This document shows, piece by piece, positions 29,268 through 38,800 of a stretch of 64,000 bases of DNA. Location of the stretch: positions 1,568,001 to 1,632,000 of the forward strand of contig CAXXWQ010000004.1 of NCBI GenBank assembly GCA_963674945.2, in the 5' to 3' direction. This DNA comes from an uncultured Desulfosarcina sp. GTDB taxonomy: Bacteria; Desulfobacterota; Desulfobacteria; Desulfobacterales; Desulfosarcinaceae. The notes under the pieces are model-generated. The model was not told where the DNA came from and made no database searches. It was given only the letters and a program-made list of their open reading frames with translations. Position numbers and translations under genes: made by a program. Numbering within the stretch: the stretch's first letter is position 1; every line of letters begins with the position of its first letter.

Positions 29268-31127
29268 CTATCGATCGAAACGAATTATCAGTTTGTAGAT
29301 ACCTTGATCCAGTGTGGCGTCAATTCTCCCCTCTTTTTCGAAGACTTTCATCATGGCCCTGTTGCTGGCCAAAACATCCGCCCTAAAACCCTGCAAGCCG
29401 CGTTCTTTGGCCAGTTTCACCAAGTATCGATACATAAATGTGGCGATACCATATCCCTGGTATGATTCATCAACGACAAATGCGACTTCGGCGTAGAGAC
29501 GATCGGGACTTTTCGCATACCGACCTTCGGCGATGAGGCGGCCTTTGTCCGGAGGACCGACCAAACCGACAATCGACATAACTTGCCCATAATCCACATT
29601 GACGTATCTTTGCATGGATGCGTGCGGCATGGCTTTGAGATGTGTGAAATAGCGGTAGTAGACGGCTTTATCTGAAAACCGATAAAACAGCCGACGCATC
29701 TGATCTTCATCCGATGGTTTGATGGCTCTGAACCGTACTTTTACATCATTTTTAAAGGTTTTCGTAGTTTCGATCTCCTTCGGATAAAGATGTGCGGATT
29801 GGTCGATAAATATCTGGTCCTTATACAGAATATTGTTTTCTTTGGCCGTTTCCAAAAGCCGTTTGCGATCTTCCGGATGGGCAACCTCAATCAACGCCTG
29901 GGCGCGTTCTCTCAAGGTTCTGCCGTACAGATTGGCGACACCGAATTCCGTAACCACCAAATCCACTGCCTCACGGATGGTAAATGGCTCTTCAAACGCT
30001 TCTACAGACAGCAGGATATTGCATTCATTTTTTTCATTGCGACTGGGCAGGGCAAATATACTCATTCCTCCCTGGGAGATTCGACAACCAGTCACCATAT
30101 TCACCACTTCTCCGAGAGTGCCGCCAAAGTTGATTCTTCCAGGGAAAAGAGCAATTCGGCCTGAAAGATCCACTTTACGGCAATGGATAACACCCATAAA
30201 TTTCGCATTTCGGCCCATGGATAATGGATTGAAAACTTGCTCGATGCTTTGAAATTCCACCATGGGATTATTGGCCAGCCATTCGTATAACGCCTTGGAA
30301 CCGATTGCGTATGATACCAAAGATTTGCCCGTAAAAATCTTCTTGTTCCGATTACTGACGGCACCACTTTTACACAAACGCATTAGCGCGTCGGTAAAGA
30401 GAGGGGATTGAATGCCCAAATGTTGTTTGTTGGAAAGGCTCAAACACAATGCGTCATCAATCGGCCCGAAGGAAAGAGACAGGCAACTTCCGTCTTCGAT
30501 GACTGATGCGATATTGTCAGCGATTTCATAAAAAACGGGCCGGTGTTCACTGGGGTTGAAGCCAAAATGGATAATCGGCTCTTCGGATTCGATCAGGTAA
30601 TCAAATTCCGAAATTGGCACAAATGTATCTCCATACGTAAAGGGCATGCTTTCATTGATTTCGCCAATGACCAATTTTGCCTGGTGCATCGCCTGTCGTG
30701 CCGCATCCATTGCAATGCCAAAATTGCAGTAACCGGCAGCATTGGGTTTTGTTATCTGAATGACGGCCACATCTATGTTCATCTGGCCCGAACCAATAAG
30801 ATAGGGAATCTGGAATAAAAACACCGGAATCAGGTCCACCTTGCCGGAATCAATCGCTTCACTGGTGAGAACCCCGGAAATACAGGTTTTCAGACGATAT
30901 TTTTTCGAGTAAATCTCTTGGGCCGAGAAAGCTTCTATGCCGAATACCTGTATCAATTCAAGATCATACAAGTTTTTTAGCTTCGACTTGTTTAACGCTT
31001 TAATAAAACCTCGGGGTTCCGCGGGACCGGTACTTAAATAAATACTCATCCCCGGTTTGATTTTTTTTAACACTTCTTTAACGGGAATAACCTTTTCCTG
31101 CCAATTGACTGATTGAGGCCCTTTCAT
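29268..31127 (-). CDS. Acetyl-CoA hydrolase/transferase-like domain fused to C-terminal GNAT
   Basis: IKPGMSIY, DVAVIQIT, GEINESMP, VVTEFGVANL, ERAQALIEVAHP; GNAT AEVAFVVDESYQGYGIAT, NRAM. Confidence 0.88.
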   Translation of the reverse strand: MKGPQSVNWQEKVIPVKEVLKKIKPGMSIYLSTGPAEPRGFIKALNKSKLKNLYDLELIQVFGIEAFSAQEIYSKKYRLKTCISGVLTSEAIDSGKVDLIPVFLFQIPYLIGSGQMNIDVAVIQITKPNAAGYCNFGIAMDAARQAMHQAKLVIGEINESMPFTYGDTFVPISEFDYLIESEEPIIHFGFNPSEHRPVFYEIADNIASVIEDGSCLSLSFGPIDDALCLSLSNKQHLGIQSPLFTDALMRLCKSGAVSNRNKKIFTGKSLVSYAIGSKALYEWLANNPMVEFQSIEQVFNPLSMGRNAKFMGVIHCRKVDLSGRIALFPGRINFGGTLGEVVNMVTGCRISQGGMSIFALPSRNEKNECNILLSVEAFEEPFTIREAVDLVVTEFGVANLYGRTLRERAQALIEVAHPEDRKRLLETAKENNILYKDQIFIDQSAHLYPKEIETTKTFKNDVKVRFRAIKPSDEDQMRRLFYRFSDKAVYYRYFTHLKAMPHASMQRYVNVDYGQVMSIVGLVGPPDKGRLIAEGRYAKSPDRLYAEVAFVVDESYQGYGIATFMYRYLVKLAKERGLQGFRADVLASNRAMMKVFEKEGRIDATLDQGIYKLIIRFDR

Positions 31128-31230
31128 TGTCTGTTAAACGCTTTCCGTTTTTAATTTGTTAGAAAAATCGGCAATTGAAAACGATAGGAAAAAACGATCT
31201 AAAAAAATGGCACCGCTAAGTTTATACGGT

Positions 31231-31902
31231 TCATTGAAAGATCAATACGTTGGCACTTTCAAACTGCCTGATGAATAGGCGATCGAGCCCGAAAGCGATG
31301 ACGGCGGACAAGACCAGGGAAATGATCAAGGTCTGGAGCAATCGAATTCGAATGGTGCGGTTGGGCGGATAAAAGAAAAGGCGCTTCAATACTTCTTTGA
31401 TTTCCCGATGGGATAGGCCGAGCACACGCTTGCTGGAAATGAAAATCATGGATACGGTAACATAGAGCACCACACACATAATACAAATCGCATTTAAAAT
31501 GACAAAAGAGATAAACAATTCATAAAGGGCAAACAAAATCATGAGCAAAGAGGTGATGTACACAAAACAATTCAGGTGGGCCTTTTCGCCGAATGAGAAC
31601 AGGTGTTCGATGTAGATGAAAAAAAAGAGAAATCCATGGGCGAACATGCCCAGGGTTGCCACCGAAACCCCCATGAACTTCGATCCAAAACTGGTCGTGA
31701 CCCGGTCGCAATCGATGGTTTCATTGATGACGCAGAAGCTGGCAGTTTCCGGCATCAGAATATTGACCTTGTAGTGGTGATAGGCCAAGTAAATGGAATC
31801 GATGAATCCGATGGTAAGAAATACCAACAACAATATACGCCATTTCACCTTGGTTTTATAAATAGCGTCAGCGTCTGAAGAGTTCATCCTTTTCCCAAGC
31901 AA
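31231..31902 (-). CDS. VKOR-family disulfide bond formation membrane protein
   Basis: CVINETIDC loop pair and CIMC active site; multi-TM; start uncertain. Confidence 0.85.
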   Translation of the reverse strand: MLGKRMNSSDADAIYKTKVKWRILLLVFLTIGFIDSIYLAYHHYKVNILMPETASFCVINETIDCDRVTTSFGSKFMGVSVATLGMFAHGFLFFFIYIEHLFSFGEKAHLNCFVYITSLLMILFALYELFISFVILNAICIMCVVLYVTVSMIFISSKRVLGLSHREIKEVLKRLFFYPPNRTIRIRLLQTLIISLVLSAVIAFGLDRLFIRQFESANVLIFQ

Positions 31903-31906
31903 TCGT

Positions 31907-32314
31907 TCATTTCCGATGGGATTGTTTGACGATCAATACATCACAAGGTGCTTCCATGATGATGTATTGGGCCGTCGACCCCATGATGAATTTTCCCAGT
32001 TTGGATCGCCGTCTCGCACCGATGATGATTTCATCGATGTTATAATCAACAGCATATCTGATCAGGTCCTCGGCTGGTGTAAGACTCTGGCTGAGAACAA
32101 TCACATCACAGTGAATGCCCTCGGCCTCCAACCTATGTTTGATTCCATCGAGATCTTTTTGCATTCGTTCGATCTTATCCGGTGCGACCTCGGGAGAGTG
32201 CGGCGTGGAAACCAGAATATCGACGTTCGCGCCGAATGCGATGGCGTGCCGGATGGCTGCATCCACGAGTTCGGCACTGTGTTTGGAGACATCATATCCC
32301 ACTAGAAGATTCAT
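31907..32314 (-). CDS. Universal stress protein
   Basis: LLVGYD, IIIGARRRS, MGSTAQYIIMEAPCDVLIVK. Confidence 0.92.
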   Translation of the reverse strand: MNLLVGYDVSKHSAELVDAAIRHAIAFGANVDILVSTPHSPEVAPDKIERMQKDLDGIKHRLEAEGIHCDVIVLSQSLTPAEDLIRYAVDYNIDEIIIGARRRSKLGKFIMGSTAQYIIMEAPCDVLIVKQSHRK

Positions 32315-32650
32315 CTCACGTCCCTTTTTTGTTGGCGCTCTGTCAAGCAAGGACTTGGATCACAAAAAAAGAACCAACAACTTGCTTGGCAACAGGTATC
32401 CGGCATCTTGTTAAGAAAGAGTATATGCCAGCATTCCAATAGGTTGTCAAGGGTAAGATTGGCACAACATCTTGTACCCTTCGTGAAAAGACTTCATCCG
32501 GTACGCGGATGGCGCAATCCATGGAATTTCAATTTTTGATTGTCAACGACAGATTGATGAAAAAAGAACGCTTCCCAGCCGATTTTGAACAAGGACCACC
32601 ATCGAACTTCGATACGTTGGTTATAAAGATCTCATACATGTCCCCGTCAC

Positions 32651-33112
32651 TCATGCAAAGGCATGGGTCAGAATGTTGATTGCCTCCTTGTAAATGGCCG
32701 GGTCGCTGCTCGCCCGTGGACCTGCCACGTTGAGTGTCTCTACGTTATTCAGGGATATCCAGGAAGCGATCACCGAACCGGCGTCGGCTGGACGCTGACC
32801 GGGGGAGAGGTCGATGTGGAGCAGTTGTTTCCCGTGCTTCAGGACCATTTTCCGCGTATAATCAGTTCCGCCGGTAGGCGTGCCGCGAGAGATGATCAAG
32901 GTGCCATCCGAGTCCGCAACATTCTTTTCAGTACGGGCGGCATAGTCTTCGGTGGGCATCTCCAAGAGCCGATATTGCGGTTGTAGCGGCCCATCCTCTG
33001 TTCGGCGCCCCTTTGGTATCCATCCGCCATGGTCGATTCCCATCCTTATGGCCACATCCAAGGCGGCGCGATCGACGCCGGTCTGTCCACCGGAAATAAT
33101 TTTTTTCAACAT
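32651..33112 (-). CDS. Putative molybdenum-carrier / SLOG-family protein
   Basis: KIISGGQTGVDRAALD, GGWIPKGR, RTEKNVADSDGT, LNVAGPRAS. Confidence 0.85.
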   Translation of the reverse strand: MLKKIISGGQTGVDRAALDVAIRMGIDHGGWIPKGRRTEDGPLQPQYRLLEMPTEDYAARTEKNVADSDGTLIISRGTPTGGTDYTRKMVLKHGKQLLHIDLSPGQRPADAGSVIASWISLNNVETLNVAGPRASSDPAIYKEAINILTHAFA

Positions 33113-33292
33113 GATCCATTGATCCTTTCGTCGTATTTCCATGGGCAACGGCTGGCACCGGAAGCGCGTCAGCTACCCGTTACCGGTCATTTAATGGGAT
33201 TGAAAAAAAGGACGAAGGATGCGGGACCAGAGGCGACACACGCCTCGCCCTATCATTTTTTTCCATCGTCCTTTGTCACTCGTGTCTTTTTT

Positions 33293-33655
33293 TTACACGA
33301 CGCCAACCAACACCGCATTCAATTCTTCCATGGTAAAGGGTTTCTGTAAAATGCCATCGAAACCGGCACGGGACAATCGATCGGAACGAAACAGTTTCAA
33401 ATGGCCGGACATCGCATATACACGGGTTTTCGGTCGAATTTCCTTGATTATTTCACAAAGCTCCGTTCCATCGATGTCATTCATGATAAGATCCATGAGA
33501 ATCAGGGAAAAGCTCTTTTTTTCCACAATCTTCAATGCCTCGTAAGAACTATCGGTTGTCGTTGCCGAAAATCCGAAGCAAGCCACCATATCCTTGATCA
33601 TCTCCAATTGATCATTTTCGTTATCCACAATCAGTATGGAACGCAACTTTGTCAT
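33293..33655 (-). CDS. Single-domain response regulator receiver
   Basis: ILIVDN, LILMDLIM, MSG, QKPF. Confidence 0.88.
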   Translation of the reverse strand: MTKLRSILIVDNENDQLEMIKDMVACFGFSATTTDSSYEALKIVEKKSFSLILMDLIMNDIDGTELCEIIKEIRPKTRVYAMSGHLKLFRSDRLSRAGFDGILQKPFTMEELNAVLVGVV

Positions 33656-33854
33656 ATTGCACCCTTTCGTTTCCACTCGCTCATTCATCAACAACCGCCA
33701 CTTGCGCTAAAAGTTGTGCTCTCTATGAAAAAAGGTATATCTTAAACATGACAGGGGGGCAAGTATCCATGAAACGGGAGACAGCACGGCCCCAGTTGGA
33801 TCTCATCGTTTTCGAATTATGGCACGTTTCCCTTACACTGCTGGCCTGAAGGAG

Positions 33855-35786
33855 TCAGAGTTGCCGGCCGACCTCCTCCGCCTCGCTCTTGGCGAGCATG
33901 AGATTGCGGGGAGAGTTTGCGTCGCCGATGACGATGACTTTCATTTTGTGGCGGCCCAGAACCTTCTTTTCATCGCGGACCGGCGTCATGGATTCGGCAA
34001 CCACCACCGTATCAAACCCGGTCAGGGTCAATGGTTTGCCTTCGCAGGAAAAGGTCACTTTTTCGCCGGAAAAGGCGACATTGGCCACTTTCTTGTAAAG
34101 GGTGACCGTATCACGTTTGAGTCGTTCCCGCAGGTAGAACCGGTCGTTGCTGGACATCTCCTCGGCGAAATGGCGTCGTCGATTGAGTACGGCAACCTTT
34201 TTTCCTTTTTGGGCCAGGTAATCCGCCGTCACCAGCCCCACAAGCCCGCCTCCTATGAGAATCACCCGATCGCCGGTTATCTTCCCATCGAGGACTTCCG
34301 AAACCGTGCAAAGATCCATACCGGTGGTGAACAATCCCTTGATGATGGGCATGTCCGGCATGCTTCCCGTAGCCAGTATCGCCACATCCGGTTTCACGGA
34401 GGCCAATAGATTTTCATCCAGCCTCGTGTTGAGGCAAATATCGACACCCAGCCGCTCCGCCTCATGGCAGAAATAATCGATGATATCTCTGATCTCCTTA
34501 CGTCCCGGAACGACGGCGGCCAGACGGAGCATCCCGCCAATCCGGCCCTTCTTTTCGACGATGGTCACCGAATGTCCCCGCAAGGCAGCCATGCGGGCGA
34601 CGGCCAGTCCCGCCGGCCCGGCCCCGACCACCAACACCCTTTGGGGAACCGACGCCTTTTCCTCTTCATTGCCTAAGAGATATTCACGACCCACATCGGG
34701 ATTGACCACACAGCCACCGGGTTCATGGGAAAGGACGGCATCGATGCATCCCAGACAACATCCGATACACGGACGGATGGTTTTCGCATTGCCGGATAAC
34801 GCCTTTTCCGGCAGCATGGGGTCGGCGATAAGGGCGCGCCCCATGGCAATCACATCCACCCGCCTTTCCTTCAACAACCGGTCGGCCATTTCCGGATGTT
34901 TTACCCTTCCCACCCCCACTACGGGGATGGAAACCACCTTTTTTACCGCTTCGGCAAGATGAATAAAGCATCCGTGGTCCACATACATGGAGGGGATGGT
35001 CAATTGCCTTGCGCCGTAAACACCGGCGGAAACGTGCAGGTAGTCGGTACCGTTTTCCTCCAGGATGGGCGAAAGGCGCAAAGCCTCTTTCAATTGCCAT
35101 CCATTTTCGATGTAATCGTCGCCGTTGATCCTCAGCCCCACGGTAAAATCCGAACCGACTTTATTTCGAATGTCGGCCAAGACTTCCAGAAAGAAACGGA
35201 TGCGGTTTTCGAAACTGCCGCCGTATCGGTCCGAACGGCGATTGGCATTGGGAGACAAAAACTGGTTGATCAGGTACCCATGGGCGCCGTGCACTTCGAT
35301 GAAATCACATCCGGCGTCTTTGCACCGCCTGGCCGCATCGCCGAAGGCGGCGACGATTTCGTCGATTTCCGGTATGGTCAACGCCCGGGGGGTTCCCTTT
35401 ACCACCGCCGGTGCGGCAATGGCAGAAGGTGCAACCGTATTCTTCAGATAGGACTGCCGCCCCCCGTGCATGAGTTGTACGCCGATGCGGGCATCATGGA
35501 CATGAACGGCAGCCACCAATTTCTTCAAGGCCGGAATGCATTGGTCATCCCACAATGCCGGCAGGTCGGGCGCCTCCACGCCCGAAGGGTGTACGCCGGC
35601 GCCGCCGACCAGGATCATCCCGGCACCGCCCCTGGCGCGTGCAGCCAGGTAGCCGATCAGCTGATCTGTGACGAAGCCGTTTTCGTCCACGCCAAAATTG
35701 ATGCTCATGGCCGGCATGAGCAGACGATTGTTGGATATCATCGTTCCGATTCGAATGGGGGAGAAAAGGTGTTTCAGTATGGTCAT
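33855..35786 (-). CDS. NADH:flavin oxidoreductase (OYE/2,4-dienoyl-CoA reductase family, FMN/4Fe-4S/FAD)
   Basis: EVHGAHGYL, NRRSDRYGG, CIGCCLGC...CVVNP, VVGAGPAG, IGGGLVG. Confidence 0.92.
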   Translation of the reverse strand: MTILKHLFSPIRIGTMISNNRLLMPAMSINFGVDENGFVTDQLIGYLAARARGGAGMILVGGAGVHPSGVEAPDLPALWDDQCIPALKKLVAAVHVHDARIGVQLMHGGRQSYLKNTVAPSAIAAPAVVKGTPRALTIPEIDEIVAAFGDAARRCKDAGCDFIEVHGAHGYLINQFLSPNANRRSDRYGGSFENRIRFFLEVLADIRNKVGSDFTVGLRINGDDYIENGWQLKEALRLSPILEENGTDYLHVSAGVYGARQLTIPSMYVDHGCFIHLAEAVKKVVSIPVVGVGRVKHPEMADRLLKERRVDVIAMGRALIADPMLPEKALSGNAKTIRPCIGCCLGCIDAVLSHEPGGCVVNPDVGREYLLGNEEEKASVPQRVLVVGAGPAGLAVARMAALRGHSVTIVEKKGRIGGMLRLAAVVPGRKEIRDIIDYFCHEAERLGVDICLNTRLDENLLASVKPDVAILATGSMPDMPIIKGLFTTGMDLCTVSEVLDGKITGDRVILIGGGLVGLVTADYLAQKGKKVAVLNRRRHFAEEMSSNDRFYLRERLKRDTVTLYKKVANVAFSGEKVTFSCEGKPLTLTGFDTVVVAESMTPVRDEKKVLGRHKMKVIVIGDANSPRNLMLAKSEAEEVGRQL

Positions 35787-35871
35787 GTTCTTCTCTTTGG
35801 CATTTCCCAAGGTAAGCAGTTTCCTTTTCGCAGTTAGCTGACAGCTAAGGGCGAATCGCTCATTCTATGTA

Positions 35872-38800
35872 TTACTTGTCCTGATTGCTGGTTCCATATA
35901 GCCGGTATGGCCCGATGCTTTTTAACAGCGCCAGACTGAGCATATCCGGATCCACGTCCCCCTGTTGGGAGAAAAGAGGACGAATGATTCCCTTTCCCTT
36001 TTTCGAGGCCCGGAGAATGGCCGGAGAGAGCACCTCGCCCATGGAACTGACCATGCACCCTTCGGGGGCGATATTCAAGAACAGATCATACCCTTTATCG
36101 AGTTTGGTTGCGGCTTCTCCAATGTATGGCACCAATTCGCCACCGGGACGCTGGGTGGGAATGATGGGGACGGCTGCGTCCAACACCCGGATCACGGGTT
36201 CGGGCATGGCAAGCCTCGCCGCGTGATACAATGGGTAGGCCAGGATATAACGCTGGAATGCATTTACCGCCAAAAACCTCATTAACTGGCGCTTTTTCTT
36301 GTTCACGAATGTTTGCCGGTCCTCACGGTAGGCCTCGGAGTGGGCACGTCGGACCTGGATCCGACCCTCGCGGATATGCTCCTTTGCCCGCATGATGGAA
36401 CCGGCCAGCTTGTACTCCAAAAAGCCCCATAGCGGGGAATGGGTGAGGTGAAACTGCCGGAATCCGAGGGTACCGATCAGCAACTTCAACACCTTCTCCA
36501 ATTGGGCGACACGCATGTAAACCTCGCCGTCGATATGGATGCACATGCACCCTTTTTCCGGAGGGCGCCGGTTCCAGACGTTGGCGAACCGTCGAATCGG
36601 ACGCGTAAGGTCACGCCCGTACAGGCGATACGCAAAAAACTTCAATCCCCAGCCCAGAGGAGATCCGGAATTGTACCGTTGCAGCAACGATAAAATGCGC
36701 TTCGAGGGCCGGGGGCGATGTTCCTGAATGCCGTGAATCCTTTCCACCAAACGATCGAATGCACCGGTAAACCGCTGGTATTCATCGAAATCGCTGCACT
36801 GGGAAGCACCGGAGATCAGAAGTTGGTGCATCACCCCCTGGAGAATAATCCCCTGGATGCCCCGCAAATAGGCCCACTCCGGGATGTCGATGGCAAACCC
36901 CTTGTTTTCGTGCCCCACCAGAAAGTTCATGACCAACCCATCGGCCTGGCCACAGGCGGCATCATGGGTTGAAAACAGCGCATCCCGATGAAGATGAAGC
37001 TTGTGTGTCTCCACGTATTGCCCCTGCCGACAGGGTCCCATCCCCTTGTTGTTGAAGATGAGCAGTCTTTTGCAGTCTCGGACCAGGGGATCACCCTCTT
37101 TTTTCCTCTTTTGGAAGTCTTTGATGGCATTGAGAATATCGCCGTACACCGCCGCCAGGGGAGCACAGACACCATCGCCGACCACACTCCTTCCCAATTT
37201 CACCGCCTCGGAAAGGTCATGATTCTTGTTATAGTTATCGATGCAGGTATATCCGGCACCGCGAATGACCGAAGTCACGTACCGGTTGTCGGAAAGTGTC
37301 GGCATGTAGATGGCATCGGTTGTTGGATGAATCGGCTCTCGATTGGAAAAAATGTCGAGAATTTTCATGTTAAAACCACCCGAAGACGGACCCTCTTCTC
37401 CTTTGTGCAGTCCCTGTTCGAGCTGTTTGATATAGGTGTTCATGCGGTTTTCCAGATGGGCCAGTTCCTGAATGACGGCGTCTGACTGGATTCGCAAGAA
37501 GGGCCGGTTTTTCACCAGTTCATCCACCAACGGGTTGGTGACACTGTCCGGTCCGCACAAAAAGGTGGAAACCTGTACCATGGCAAGATCCTGACCGTTT
37601 GCCGTCTCGACTCGATGAAACAACCGCTGAAAGCCGGGATGCAGGACAATTTGGTGGAGTCTTTTCCTGGCAACGGCGTCCGTCAAGGTGGCGATGACAT
37701 GAGAATTGCGCCAATACAGATGATCGAAATCGGGATTGAGCGTAATGTCGAGAATATAGCTGGGGATTCCCGTAAGATGCTTGTCCCGGAGCAATCTCCC
37801 CACGTGGCTGTCATAGATGCCGGGATGAAGGACGTACTCCCGACCGATAACCAGGGCAAGGGATCGGCCTTCGGCCATGGCTTCTTCGGCGATTTGGGCA
37901 GCTTGATCGGCGACATGTCGTTTCATTTTCGCATTTTCCCGCCATGCGTGGTTGACCAATTTGCGAAAAGATCCGAAGGATAGATCCACACCATAGTGGG
38001 CATACACAGGAGTGAGGCGATGATACACCTGCTGGGCGATCTCATCCACCGGCATATTGGCCAGACTCAGGTGAAACAGGTGGATACGGCTCTCGGGATA
38101 TTTCGTGTTGGCCAGACCTCTTGCCACGGCCATGCCGCCCTGGTTGATAGTACAACTTCGTCCAAGCGAATCGCCCCGACCGGGAAGAAATTCGATCTGC
38201 GGCGCCAGGATCATGCCATGGGATGATCCGGCAAGACGGATCATCTGACCGACAGCGCCCATATGCGGTGCACATGTATCGACTTGCATGCACGACTGGG
38301 CACTGCTGATGTCCACCGAGATCACATTGTCCACGTGCACCGGAATGCCGAACGGTACAAATAAACGGCTGAAGAAAAACGCCCAATCGGAAACACAGAA
38401 GCTGCGGGGAATGACCAACCGGTCGGGGTCTTCGCTCCGGGGCATTTTCCCGTCGGCGATCTGCCAGATCCGTCTATATGCATCCTGGTTGCCCGCGTCC
38501 CGTTTTCGCTGTTTTTTGCCGTGGCGTTCATTGACGGCACTACACCCGCCCAGTGTGACGCTGACGGCCTTGTTCTGTCCCTTCTCACTGGTCAGAAAGG
38601 ATCGGTTGCAGCGCGCATTGGGGTCCCCGCAGGCGATCCCGCGACACTGAATGATCCTTTTTCGAAATCGGTGTTCGATCAGCTCCTCGAGCGGGATGGT
38701 CGCCTCCATCGCACAACCGGTATCCATGCTGTTGATCAGACCGATGCAGGCCCGATGGCCGGGATCAGGGGGAACAAGGCCGTAGACCGGACCGCCCACG

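Noticed and set aside
32398..32500. NrdR-box-like and Rex-like motifs
   Set aside because: Partial matches or wrong spacing, and no nrd gene adjacent
26559..33000. Prophage or integrative element at tRNA-Ala
   Set aside because: No integrase or phage genes, and no duplicate of the tRNA 3' end was seen
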